Below are positions 1-9,206 of a DNA stretch of 64,000 bases, piece after piece. The notes under the pieces were generated by a model. The model was given only the letters and a program-made list of their open reading frames with translations, ran no database searches and was not told the origin of the DNA. How positions within the stretch are numbered: the stretch's first letter is position 1; each line of letters opens with the position of its first letter. This stretch comes from Candidatus Fimivivens sp. (GTDB taxonomy: Bacteria; Patescibacteriota; Minisyncoccia; Moranbacterales; UBA1568), in the NCBI GenBank assembly GCA_035560715.1, contig DATMYW010000034.1, forward strand, positions 16,439-80,438, given 5' to 3'. A program made the position numbers and the translations under genes.

Positions 1-890
1 CTTGGTGTCGACCCAGAGTCCGACGGCAATCTTCGGACCGAGTGCGGACAGGGTGAGAACGTTCTTCTCGGATTCCGACGCGGTGTAGAAGTGGTCGCCG
101 GTCGTCGTATTGACGAACCTATAGACAGGGGATGTGCCGTCCAGCTGCGTCGCATAGGCGTAGAACGCGACGCCTTCGTCAAAATATCCGGAGCTCTCGT
201 TCCCGAGAATCGCGTCGCGTTCATCTTTGGAAACAGTGTAGAAGTGGTCGCCGGTTGTATGGCTCACTAGCCGATAGACCGGAACGCTTCCAGCCAGTTG
301 TTCCGTTTGCGAATAGAAAGCTATCCCTTCGAATACGTATCCATATACGCTGGTATTCGCTACTACGGATTTTTCCGATTCCGAAGCAGTGTAAAAATGG
401 TCGCCGGTCCGAGGATTCGCGAACCGGTATACCGGAGAAGTTGTGATCGCTTTCGCTTCCTCTGTCGATGCCGTATAGAAATGGTCACCGGTCTGTCCAT
501 TGACAAAGCGGTACACGGAAACTGTCTGATCGTTCGCGTACGGAAAGACGTAATACGCGACACCTTCAAAGGTATATCCCCACTGCGGATTGTTTCCGAT
601 AGCGGCCTTCTCATCTTCCGATACCGTGTAAAAATGGTCGCCGTTCAGGTAGTTACTGAAGCGATAGACGGGAACGGTTCCGTCGACCCGTGTGGTGAAC
701 GCATAAAATGCTGTCCCTTCAGCGACGTAGCCCCATGTCGTCGAATTCGTGACTGCGGTACGCTCGCCTTCGTCCACTGTATAGAAATGATCTCCCGTTT
801 TCGAGCTGCTGAATCTGTATACCGGCACCGATCCTGTCAGTTGGGAAGGAAGCGCATAGAATGCGATTCCCTCGGTAGCATAAGCGGGCG
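1..890 (-). repeat. Intragenic tandem coding repeats with a period of about 138 nt (46 aa) inside the secreted protein
   Basis: The peptide blocks PVYRF..N..TGDHFYT and EG.AFYA recur 6-7 times in the translated minus frame. Confidence 0.6.
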
Positions 891-1020
891 GGTTCGTCGG
901 CTCATAGAAGGCGATGTTTTCGTACGTATAATTTCCTGAAGCAAAAACCGGCTTTCCGGAAAGAAGAAAGGTGCTTACAGTAGCCATGAACACTATGACG
1001 CCAAAAAGCCGTATTCTCAT
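1..1020 (-). CDS. Secreted tandem-repeat protein, partial. The start codon is at 1018-1020 and the C-terminus lies beyond the window edge. It has an N-terminal signal peptide MRIRLFGVIVFMATVSTFLLSG followed by at least 6.5 copies of a roughly 46-aa repeat, VPVYRF.N..TGDHFYT.SE.EK...N...WGY..EG.AFY.
   Basis: Manual reverse-complement translation of 1-1020 gives one open frame from the ATG at 1018-1020 to the window edge. The ORF track omits it because there is no stop inside the window. The N-terminus is hydrophobic, and motifs repeat with a period of about 138 nt. It resembles the YRxYNxxTGDHFYT repeats of secreted or cell-wall-associated bacterial proteins (DUF5648-like, recalled from memory). 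Confidence 0.6.
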   Translation of the reverse strand, partial: MRIRLFGVIVFMATVSTFLLSGKPVFASGNYTYENIAFYEPTNPPAYATEGIAFYALPSQLTGSVPVYRFSSSKTGDHFYTVDEGERTAVTNSTTWGYVAEGTAFYAFTTRVDGTVPVYRFSNYLNGDHFYTVSEDEKAAIGNNPQWGYTFEGVAYYVFPYANDQTVSVYRFVNGQTGDHFYTASTEEAKAITTSPVYRFANPRTGDHFYTASESEKSVVANTSVYGYVFEGIAFYSQTEQLAGSVPVYRLVSHTTGDHFYTVSKDERDAILGNESSGYFDEGVAFYAYATQLDGTSPVYRFVNTTTGDHFYTASESEKNVLTLSALGPKIAVGLWVDTK

Positions 1021-1210
1021 CCCTTTCGTTTCATTGACTTCTGACAAGTCGAACTTTCGATATCTATACGTCCAGTATAGCAGATTGCTTTCAGGAAGTG
1101 ATTATCGAACCATGATACCCGGATCATTGTGAGCATATTCCGAATCCTGATATAATCGGGTCAAGATAGGGATTCCGGCTACGGGTAGATAGACCGAAAA
1201 CCGCCCAAAT

Positions 1211-2509
1211 ATGGATCGCTTCATGTCCGCGTACCGCCGTCTCGGAACCCTCCTGTCCGAGAAACGATATTTCGTGTACCTTTTCCTCGGGGTATTCCTG
1301 CTTTTTATCGGTATCACGGGGGCGAGGCGGCCTGATATGGTTACCTATCCCCAGTTTTATGCCGAGGACGGGGTGTTCTGGTACTCCGAAGGATATAACG
1401 CACGTCATTTCTGGGAACCGTTCCTCGTGCCGAAGCAGCGATACTTCCAGACGATCTCCCGGTTCGGGGGGCTTCTGGGGAACATGGTCGACATCGGACA
1501 TGCGCCACTCGTTTTCAATGCGATCGCCATCCTGGTCCTCGTTTCCCCGGCGCTCTATTTCCTGTCTTCGCGATTCGAAAAGCTCGTTCCGAACGTTCTT
1601 ACTCGTCTGCTTTGCGCGGTCGCATACCTGTCGCTTTTGGGGACGGCCGAAACGCACGCGAACCTGACGAACGCCCAATGGCGACTTGCCTTCCTGATGT
1701 ACCTTATCGTTATCGCTCCAGCGAGTCGAAAGATCGCTTGGAATGCATTTGACGGCGTCATGTTGGCATTGGCTGGACTGAGCGGGCCGTTCGTATTCTT
1801 CGCGCTGCCGGTTGCGATCGTCAATTATTATTTCACTTCGTTCAAGGGACGAATCCATCGAGTCGTCATCTTGTCCGTTGCGTTTCTGATTCAGATCTAC
1901 AGTTATCTGTTCATCGTGAACGACGCCGCCCGGTCGTCGGCCCCGCTTGGCATGAACCTCGTCACGTTTTCCAAGATCGTGTCCGGAAACATTTTCATAG
2001 CCGGGATATTCGGCACCGATATAGTGAAAAATGTCCGCAACATCTCGGGCTGGGATTCGGGGTTCGTCCCGGTTTTGATAGCGATTTTCGGATTTTCGCT
2101 CTTGGGGTACGTCGTCTTGAAGGCCGGATGGGAGTTGAGATGTTTCATCGTGTTCGCATTCATGATATTTCTCGCCGGACTGTTTTCACCGCAGGTCAGT
2201 CTCGACAAACCGCAGTGGGAAGTTATGGCTGTAGGCTCGGGCGGACGATACTATCTCTTTCCGACTTTGGCCTGGGTTATGTCTCTTGGCTGGCTGTTGC
2301 TGAACTCGGAAAGGAAATTTTTCAGAAACATGGCGGCAGCATTGATGATCTGTCTTGTTTTCATCGGCATTCCTCGCGACTTCACGTTTTCAAAATACCG
2401 TGATTTCCAATTCCAGAGGCAGGTGAGCGAGTTCAAGTCGCTCGACATCGGTCAGTCGTATACGTTTCGTATCGTCCCGAAGTGGGACATGACGCTTGTC
2501 CGGAAGTAA
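1211..2509 (+). CDS. Polytopic integral membrane protein of about 12 TM segments, possibly a glycosyltransferase or polymerase; function unassigned
   Basis: The 432-aa ORF has many long hydrophobic segments and is divergent from the repeat-protein gene. A candidate promoter, TTGTGA-18-TATAAT, lies near 1135-1165. Confidence 0.55.
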   Translation: MDRFMSAYRRLGTLLSEKRYFVYLFLGVFLLFIGITGARRPDMVTYPQFYAEDGVFWYSEGYNARHFWEPFLVPKQRYFQTISRFGGLLGNMVDIGHAPLVFNAIAILVLVSPALYFLSSRFEKLVPNVLTRLLCAVAYLSLLGTAETHANLTNAQWRLAFLMYLIVIAPASRKIAWNAFDGVMLALAGLSGPFVFFALPVAIVNYYFTSFKGRIHRVVILSVAFLIQIYSYLFIVNDAARSSAPLGMNLVTFSKIVSGNIFIAGIFGTDIVKNVRNISGWDSGFVPVLIAIFGFSLLGYVVLKAGWELRCFIVFAFMIFLAGLFSPQVSLDKPQWEVMAVGSGGRYYLFPTLAWVMSLGWLLLNSERKFFRNMAAALMICLVFIGIPRDFTFSKYRDFQFQRQVSEFKSLDIGQSYTFRIVPKWDMTLVRK

Positions 2510-2590
2510 ACGGTATTGCCAGCGACATTTCCGAAAATATAGAAAGCCCGGACGGCACGCGAGGTGCTCGTCCGGGTTATGGTTGCCGGT

Positions 2591-2806
2591 TCATCGCCAG
2601 CCTTTTTGGCGGGCGACTTTCAGGCGGGGTCGTGTGCTCCGTTTCGGTCCCTTCGCAAGTCTTTTGGGACTTGGAAAACGTCGTGAGGAACCGCCATTTC
2701 TTATTTCTTTGGGCGGAACAAGGAATGGACGTCTCGCGATGGGGAGAAGAGAGAAAGCGAGCAGGTAGCCGGCATCTGTCAGGTCAAAATTCATGAAATG
2801 TGACAT
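2591..2806 (-). CDS. Possible small basic protein of 71 aa with a K/R-rich C-terminus
   Basis: It is the only ORF in a 470-nt region that is otherwise non-coding. It is preceded on the minus strand by a strong Shine-Dalgarno sequence, GGAGGA-5nt-ATG (plus coordinates 2812-2817). It has no recognisable domain. Confidence 0.25.
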   Translation of the reverse strand: MSHFMNFDLTDAGYLLAFSLLPIARRPFLVPPKEIRNGGSSRRFPSPKRLAKGPKRSTRPRLKVARQKGWR

Positions 2807-2892
2807 GGCGGTCCTCCATGGATTCGTTTGTAAGGTACCTGCTCATGGTGCCTGCAAACAGGCGGAAAGTCAAAATGAAGTATCGCGCGGAG

Positions 2893-2921
2893 TTGACACA
2901 TTATAAATAGTAGTATAGAAT
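2893..2921 (+). promoter_or_regulatory. Sigma70-like promoter TTGACA-17nt-TAGAAT upstream of the 2977 ORF
   Basis: TTGACA is at 2893-2898 and TAGAAT at 2916-2921, with an exact 17-nt AT-rich spacer. The downstream gene starts at 2977. Confidence 0.4.
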
Positions 2922-2976
2922 GGCATATTCTCGGTGCTAGGTCTTTCAAAATTCTCAATCCAAATATTCGTATCCC

Positions 2977-3330
2977 ATGTTAGCAAATGTCAATCATCCC
3001 ACAGAAGAATCCGAAACCGTCAAAAAGAAGGAGCACGTAAGGGTGCGATTCATGTACGTCGACTCCGTTCAGGTCGCCAAAGTCAGCGTCGAAAATTCTC
3101 CGAGACGTGACGGCGCATTGTTGTTCAAGGTTTGGACACTTGTCAACGAGCATCTGATAACGGCGGGATGTTCGAAAATACCACTCGAACATTTCGATCA
3201 GATCGCAAGGGAGAGCGGTTATACGATGTATGAGTTCGCGCTTCGGAGAAATAAGGTCCCCAAAACCTTCCGTGATAATGCGGAATTCACCATCAATCTC
3301 GTAGCGCACCCAAAGAGAATAATCTACTGA
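2977..3330 (+). CDS. Hypothetical protein, 117 aa, no recognisable domain
   Basis: The ORF is bracketed by a promoter-like element upstream and a strong hairpin terminator immediately downstream. Its GC content is somewhat lower than that of neighbouring genes. Confidence 0.4.
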   Translation: MLANVNHPTEESETVKKKEHVRVRFMYVDSVQVAKVSVENSPRRDGALLFKVWTLVNEHLITAGCSKIPLEHFDQIARESGYTMYEFALRRNKVPKTFRDNAEFTINLVAHPKRIIY

Positions 3331-3334
3331 CCAC

Positions 3335-3367
3335 AAAAAAGCACGGAACCCTCCCCGTGCTTTTATT
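3335..3367. terminator. Bidirectional rho-independent terminator between convergent genes
   Basis: AAAAAA, then GCACGG, an AACCCTCC loop, CCGTGC, then TTTTATT. The hairpin has an A-tract on one side and a T-tract on the other. It is 5 nt after the stop of the 2977 gene and 12 nt after the stop of the minus-strand GT2 gene. Confidence 0.55.
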
Positions 3368-3378
3368 ATGCCGATATC

Positions 3379-4158
3379 TCAGGATCGGTCGGATCCGTCC
3401 GAAGGCTCGAGTATTTTCTCGTAGCGCCCAGAAAGATCGCTGCAACGAATGCGCAGGAGCGCGAAGAACATGTCGATCGAATCGTGAATGATTCGGACAT
3501 TGGTATTGCGAGGGTCGCGGCGTATGGTGACCGGAAGGATAGTGACGCGATATCCTCGTTTTCGCGCAATAAAGAGGAGTTCCGCGTCGAATGCGAAACG
3601 ATCGATCGTGACGGTCTTGAAGAGGTCGAATGCTACCTTCCGGCGGAAGAGTTTGAAGCCGCACTGCGTATCGGAGAACTCGAAGCTTCCGAGAATGAAA
3701 ATTTGCAGGAGGTGGAATCCGCGGGTCGTGATCGTGCGATACCACGGGGTGGGCTCTTCCGGGCGGGCGCCGGAGGCGAGTCTCGACGCGATAACCATGT
3801 CGGCATCCGACTTGTCGAGCACCGCGACGAACTCCTCGAGTTCCTCGATCGGGATGGTCAGGTCGGCATCCACGAAGAGGACGGGATCGAACGACGACTT
3901 GAGGATGCCGGCTTTCACGGCTGCTCCTTTGCCGAGATTCTTGGGGAATCGGATATGGATGAGTGGGAAATCGAGGTGTTCTTTCGCGAAGGAGTCGACG
4001 ATGTCTTGTGTGCCGTCCGGACTGCCGTCGGTCACCACGATAATCTCGTGGCGGTCAAAATGATCGCGCAGATAGGCGTGTACGGCCCGCACGTTCGCGG
4101 CGATTACCTCCGCTTCCTTGTAGCAGGGGATGACGACGGATATTTCCGGATGTTTCAT
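3379..4158 (-). CDS. GT2-family glycosyltransferase, a soluble polyprenyl-phosphate hexose synthase of the DPM1/ArnC type
   Basis: MKHPEISVVIPCYKE, then VTDGSPDGT, then DADL, the classic GT2 DxD architecture with no C-terminal TM. The start was moved to the internal ATG (residue 62 of the track ORF, whose own start is GTG) because GT2 enzymes begin a few residues before the VVIPxYxE motif. Confidence 0.8.
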   Translation of the reverse strand: MKHPEISVVIPCYKEAEVIAANVRAVHAYLRDHFDRHEIIVVTDGSPDGTQDIVDSFAKEHLDFPLIHIRFPKNLGKGAAVKAGILKSSFDPVLFVDADLTIPIEELEEFVAVLDKSDADMVIASRLASGARPEEPTPWYRTITTRGFHLLQIFILGSFEFSDTQCGFKLFRRKVAFDLFKTVTIDRFAFDAELLFIARKRGYRVTILPVTIRRDPRNTNVRIIHDSIDMFFALLRIRCSDLSGRYEKILEPSDGSDRS

Positions 4159-4697
4159 ACGGTGGTCGTTCGGACGGAAGAGGGCATGTATTTTCTTCAG
4201 TATACCAGCAAAGCCAGGGTCTTGGAAACGGCATGGGGTCGCCGGGGGATATCCGGAGCGGATAAAAAAAGAGCCGCCGTAAAGAGGAGGAAAAAAGAGG
4301 TGATTCATGATTATCATGAAATTCAGGAGGGTCCTGATCACTTCTCTTCCTACACTTCGCGGCGGCTGCGATACGACGAGGGATGGCGTCTTGGATTACG
4401 GATTTTGTCTCGCTGCTTCTAAGCGAAACTCTCCGATTATCGAGCAACCACCCCTGTACGTCCATCATAGTCCGTATGACCCATCTGTCAAGGGTTGGAA
4501 AAGGACGTATTCAAGCGGAACAAGACGCGCAGGTACGCGGCGGCCGATGCCGCACGAATCCTGCCTGAGACGTCGGAATTTTAATGCCGACCTTAGTGAT
4601 CGCTATGATTGCCTCTCGGACCGAAATGTTCTAATATATGGGGGAAATCGCTGCCGGCGTTCAGTCGGGTTTGGGCGTGTACCAGTTAATCCAGCCT

Positions 4698-5639
4698 ATG
4701 GAAGATCAGAAACATTTTTTGTCGGTCGTCGTGCCGCTCTATAACGAGGAAGGGAACGTGAAGGAGCTTCACGCGCGGATCAAGAAGTCGGTCGAGCGTA
4801 TCGGCGACCCGTACGAGATCCTCTTTGTCGACGATGGATCGACCGACGGAACGCTCGCGGATTGCGAGGGACTTTCACCGCTCACGTTGATACGGTTTCG
4901 CAAGAATTTCGGGCAGACAGCCGCGTTCGACGCCGGCATCAAGCAGGCGAAGGGTGACATCGTAATCACTATGGATGGCGACCTGCAGAACGATCCGGAC
5001 GACATCGCGTCACTTGTCGGAAAGATGGACGAAGGGTATGACGTCGTATCCGGCTGGCGTTTCGAGCGCAAGGATCCGATCATGAAGAAAATCTTCTCGC
5101 GTACCGCGAACCTGTTGCGCGGATTTCTCGTCAAGGACGGCATCCACGACTCCGGCTGCAGTCTCAAGGCGTACCGGAGGGAGTGCTTCGAGGGGGTGGA
5201 AATGTTCGGCGAGATGCACCGGTTCATTCCGGCGATGCTTATGATGGACGGATTCCGCGTAGCCGAAGTCAAGGTGTCGCATCATCCGCGGGTACATGGG
5301 AAGACGAAATACAACTGGAAGCGCGGTATCAAGGGGTTTGTCGACATGCTCGCGTTGTGGTTCTGGCGAAACTACTCATACCGGTCGCTCCACCTGTTCG
5401 GCGGGACCGGACTCGTGTCCGTGGCGTTCGGGTCGCTTATCCTGATGTGGATGTTCATCGAAAAGGTCTTCTATGCGGCGTCACTTTCGGAGAGGATATG
5501 GCCGCTTGTCGGGACGCTTCTCATTCTTGTCGGTGTCCAATTGTTCGTCTTCGGAATACTCGTGGATATTTCGGTGAAGATCTATTATCGACAGCGCAAC
5601 CGGATGAACTACTCGGTCAGGGAGGTTATCAATTCATAG
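4698..5639 (+). CDS. GT2 polyprenyl-phosphate sugar transferase with two C-terminal TM helices (GtrB/ArnC-like)
   Basis: LSVVVPLYNEEGN, then FVDDGSTDGT, then DGDLQNDP, plus C-terminal hydrophobic helices. The start is taken at Met21 of the track ORF (MEDQKHFLSVVVP). Confidence 0.8.
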   Translation: MEDQKHFLSVVVPLYNEEGNVKELHARIKKSVERIGDPYEILFVDDGSTDGTLADCEGLSPLTLIRFRKNFGQTAAFDAGIKQAKGDIVITMDGDLQNDPDDIASLVGKMDEGYDVVSGWRFERKDPIMKKIFSRTANLLRGFLVKDGIHDSGCSLKAYRRECFEGVEMFGEMHRFIPAMLMMDGFRVAEVKVSHHPRVHGKTKYNWKRGIKGFVDMLALWFWRNYSYRSLHLFGGTGLVSVAFGSLILMWMFIEKVFYAASLSERIWPLVGTLLILVGVQLFVFGILVDISVKIYYRQRNRMNYSVREVINS

Positions 5640-5652
5640 ATCACGAATACGT

Positions 5653-6978
5653 ATGAATATCGCAGTGATCGGGACCGGGTATGTGGGTTCGGTGACGGGT
5701 GCGTGCTTCGCGGAAATGGGCAACACCGTCATCTGTGTCGACAAGGACCGGAACAAGATAGCGCAGTTCGAATCGGGTAAGGCGCCCCTCCATGAGAAGG
5801 GACTCGACGAGCTCGTGCTTCGGAACCTCAAGAACGGGACCTTGTCATTCACGACCGATTTCGAGTCTGCCGTCGGGAAGAGTGACATCGTGTTCATCGC
5901 CGTGGGGACGCCGCCGAATGAGGACGGGAGCGCGGACCTCTCGCACGTGCTCGGAGTGGCCACCGATCTCGGACGATCCATGGATCACGAGGTTATCGTG
6001 GTGGACAAGTCGACGGTACCGGTCGGCACCGCCGCCCTGGTCGCGAAGACGATTGCGGAGCAGCTGGATCGACGCGGAGTTGATATACCGTTTCAAGTGG
6101 TGAGCAACCCGGAGTTTCTCGCGCAAGGAACCGCCGTGAAGGACTTTTTGGAGCCGAGCCGCATCGTGGTCGGATCGGACGATGAGAAGGCCATCGAAAC
6201 GATGCGTGAACTGTATGCCCCGTTCACCCGTCGGGAAGGGCGTTTTTTCGCCATGGACGAGAAAACGGCTGAGATCGTGAAATACGCCTCGAACTGCTTC
6301 CTCGCGATGAAGATCTCGGCGGCGAACGAGCTGGCCAATATCTGCTCGAAGGCGGGTGCCGACTACGAGAATGTCCGGAAGGCGATGGGAGCGGACCCTC
6401 GAATCGGCGAAGCGTTCCTGTACGCGAGCGCCGGCTTCGGCGGTTCCTGCTTTCCGAAGGACGTGAAGGCGCTCGTGAAGACGGCTGCCGATTTCGGATA
6501 CGACGCACGCATGCTCCGGCAGACGCTCGATACCAATGAAAGGCAGAAGCTCGTGCTGGCGCAGATGGTCACGGCGAAATTCGGCGAGGATCTGACCGGG
6601 AAGACGTTCGGCGTGTGGGGGCTCGCGTTCAAGGCCGGAACGGACGACATGCGCGAATCTCCCGCGATCACCGCTGTCAACGAGCTTGTAAGACGCGGGG
6701 CTCACGTGCGGGCGCACGATCCGGAAGCCATGAGGATGGCACGGACCCCGGAATATTTCGGTGACAACCCGTCCATCGCATATTTCGAGGACAAGTATGA
6801 AGCGCTCGACGGTGCGGATGCGATGCTCGTCATCACCGAGTGGAAAGAATTCCGTACCCCGGATTTCGAGCGGATCAGAACTTCGTTGAATCGGCCGATC
6901 GTATTTGATGGCCGATTGCTGTATGAGCCCAAGAAAATGAGCGGACTCGGTTTCGAATACTATTCGATAGGGAGATAG
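5653..6978 (+). CDS. ugd: UDP-glucose 6-dehydrogenase
   Basis: MNIAVIGTGYVGSVTGACFAEMG N-terminal Rossmann fold and the GGSCFPKD catalytic-Cys motif. The 441-aa length is full-size for the UDPGDH family. Confidence 0.9.
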   Translation: MNIAVIGTGYVGSVTGACFAEMGNTVICVDKDRNKIAQFESGKAPLHEKGLDELVLRNLKNGTLSFTTDFESAVGKSDIVFIAVGTPPNEDGSADLSHVLGVATDLGRSMDHEVIVVDKSTVPVGTAALVAKTIAEQLDRRGVDIPFQVVSNPEFLAQGTAVKDFLEPSRIVVGSDDEKAIETMRELYAPFTRREGRFFAMDEKTAEIVKYASNCFLAMKISAANELANICSKAGADYENVRKAMGADPRIGEAFLYASAGFGGSCFPKDVKALVKTAADFGYDARMLRQTLDTNERQKLVLAQMVTAKFGEDLTGKTFGVWGLAFKAGTDDMRESPAITAVNELVRRGAHVRAHDPEAMRMARTPEYFGDNPSIAYFEDKYEALDGADAMLVITEWKEFRTPDFERIRTSLNRPIVFDGRLLYEPKKMSGLGFEYYSIGR

Positions 6979-6979
6979 T

Positions 6980-8125
6980 ATGAAAGTACTGTTCCTCAAC
7001 TATGAATATCCTCCGCTCGGTGGCGGTGCGGGGAACGCGACAGCGTATCTCCTGAAGGAGTACGCGAAAATGCCGGATCTTGAAGTGCATCTCGTCTCAT
7101 CGGCCGTGGGGGCGGAGTATGTCCGAGAGAATGTCGGAGAGCATGTCGTGATCCATCGGCTGCCGATCGGCAAGGATGACCGGAACCTGCACTATCAGTC
7201 CCGAAGCAACCTCCTCTCGTATTCGTGGCGGGCCTACTTCTTTTCCCGAAAACTGATTCGTCAGGAGGGCAATTTCTCCCTTATTCACGCCTTCTTTACG
7301 GTCCCGTGCGGGTTTCTCGCGATGGTGCTCGGTTTTGAGTTCAAATTGCCGTATATCGTGTCGCTGCGGGGAGCCGACGTCCCCGGATACAGTGAACGGT
7401 TCAAGCTCCTCTACTCCGTGTTCAGGCCGCTTGCACGCATCGTCTGGCGTAGATCGGCGGATGTCATCTCGAACAGTCGGGGATTGCGTGACCTCGCCCT
7501 CATGACGGATGCCCGGCAGGAAATCGAAATCATTCCGAACGGCGTCGATACCGGTCAATTTCATCCCGATCATGAGCGCGTATCGGACGGTATGGTCCGC
7601 ATATTGGTCGTCTCACGGCTCACTCCTCGCAAGGGTGTCCGCTTCCTGGTGCGTGCGATGGCGTCGCTTCCGGAGTCGGCGCGGCTCGTCATCGCCGGAG
7701 CCGGAGGGGAACGTGAATATCTCGAGTCGCTCGCCGCGGAGTGCGGCGTGACGGAGCGTGTCGATTTCCGGGGTCTCGTCCCGCACGACGGGACGCCCGC
7801 GGTCTATCGTGAATGCGATATCTTCTGCCTCCCGTCCTTGAACGAGGGGATGAGCAATACGGTGCTCGAGGCGATCGCGTCCGGACTGCCTATCGTGGCG
7901 ACGGTGACCGGCGGAACGGAGGAGCTGGTCACCGACGGCGAGAACGGATTCTTCGTGAAGACCGGATCTGCGGAAGATCTCTCCGAAAAGCTCGTAAAAC
8001 TCGTTTCGGACGCGGAACTCCGAACACGTATGGGATCTGAGAGTCGGACCAGGGCCGAGTCGATGAGTTGGAATACCGTGGCGAAACGCTACGAGGATGT
8101 CTATACCAAGTCAGTGAATCGATGA
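6980..8125 (+). CDS. GT4-family glycosyltransferase
   Basis: MKVLFLNYEYPPLGGGAGN N-terminus, and the C-terminal E..(8)..E motif region ...NEGMSNTVLEAIASGLPIVAT... Confidence 0.85.
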   Translation: MKVLFLNYEYPPLGGGAGNATAYLLKEYAKMPDLEVHLVSSAVGAEYVRENVGEHVVIHRLPIGKDDRNLHYQSRSNLLSYSWRAYFFSRKLIRQEGNFSLIHAFFTVPCGFLAMVLGFEFKLPYIVSLRGADVPGYSERFKLLYSVFRPLARIVWRRSADVISNSRGLRDLALMTDARQEIEIIPNGVDTGQFHPDHERVSDGMVRILVVSRLTPRKGVRFLVRAMASLPESARLVIAGAGGEREYLESLAAECGVTERVDFRGLVPHDGTPAVYRECDIFCLPSLNEGMSNTVLEAIASGLPIVATVTGGTEELVTDGENGFFVKTGSAEDLSEKLVKLVSDAELRTRMGSESRTRAESMSWNTVAKRYEDVYTKSVNR

Positions 8126-8619
8126 CGGCGATGTCCAGGATAATCATTGTCGATGCGGAAGACGCCATTATCGGCCACAAGGAACGCGGCACATTGAACC
8201 GAGATGATATTTATCGTGTCTCGGCATTGTGGATTACGAATTCGAAAGGCGAAAGCCTGCTCGCGCAGCGATCGTTCTCAAAGAAGCACAGTCCTGGAAT
8301 GTGGGGTCCGGCCGTCGCGGGAACCAATGACGAAGGTGAGTCATACGACGCGAATATCGTGAAAGAGGCGGAGGAGGAGTTGGGCATATCCGACGTTCCG
8401 TTCATTCGAAGGGGAAAAATGCGTCATCGCGGCGAACATGAGTATTTCCTTCAGTGGTATTCGGCGGTAATCGACGAGCCTGAATGGCATTTCATCATCC
8501 AGGAGGACGAAGTCGAACGAATCAAATGGTTTTCGCCCGAGGAGTTGAAAATCGCGATCGTCGGACATCCCGAGGATTTCATATCGGGAATGGAAATGTA
8601 CATCGAGAGGTTCGTGTGA
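8122..8619 (+). CDS. NUDIX hydrolase
   Basis: Nudix box G-x5-E-x7-KEAEEELGI. The ATG overlaps the upstream stop (ATGA) at 8122, so translational coupling is likely. Confidence 0.75.
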   Translation: MTAMSRIIIVDAEDAIIGHKERGTLNRDDIYRVSALWITNSKGESLLAQRSFSKKHSPGMWGPAVAGTNDEGESYDANIVKEAEEELGISDVPFIRRGKMRHRGEHEYFLQWYSAVIDEPEWHFIIQEDEVERIKWFSPEELKIAIVGHPEDFISGMEMYIERFV

Positions 8620-8639
8620 TTGGCAAATATGAGAACCCT

Positions 8640-9008
8640 ATGAAGAACTATGACTCGTGGATGAAGGGATTCATGGAGGGATGGAAGAACCGGGATGTCG
8701 AGGCGGTCATGGCGACGATCGCCGGGAACTGCGCCTATTATGAGACTGTTTTCGACGAACCGTGTCCGGATATCGATGCTATTCGCGGACTCTGGAAAGT
8801 TGTTCCGGAGAATCAGAAAGACATAGAGTATTCATACGAGATTCTTGCGGAGAACGAGGAATACGGTATCTTTCATTTCCAGCTGGCAAGAACGGTTCTG
8901 CCCGAGGGGAACCGGGTGGAGATGGACGGCATCTTCCAGATATCCGTTGATGAGGCGGGGCGGTGCATCTATTTCAGGCAATGGCGTTCCGTTCGGGAAA
9001 TCCGATAA
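8640..9008 (+). CDS. Small SnoaL/NTF2-like fold protein
   Basis: The 122-aa product has the W/D pattern typical of NTF2-like proteins. The start is taken at MKNYDSW, residue 53 of the track ORF. Confidence 0.4.
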   Translation: MKNYDSWMKGFMEGWKNRDVEAVMATIAGNCAYYETVFDEPCPDIDAIRGLWKVVPENQKDIEYSYEILAENEEYGIFHFQLARTVLPEGNRVEMDGIFQISVDEAGRCIYFRQWRSVREIR

Positions 9009-9206
9009 TATTCCGCGAATGAAAATGAACGGAAACCCCTGGCAGACCCCGGGCTATTTTCTGTTTACCGAGATTTGTTTGAATGTGTAGAACATGAAAC
9101 GGCTCGAGCAGCCGATCATCCGTTAGAGACTTTCTCTGTGGGATGAGACTTCGAAAAACATGCACATCCCATTCAGGTTCTGAGACAAAAGCATGAGGCA
9201 TCCGGA

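Noticed and set aside
8484-8639. The long N-terminal extension of track ORF 8484-9008 (MAFHHPGGRSRTNQ...).
   Set aside because: It overlaps the C-terminus of the NUDIX gene in another frame and is Arg/Gly-rich. The NTF2-like fold begins at MKNYDSW (8640).
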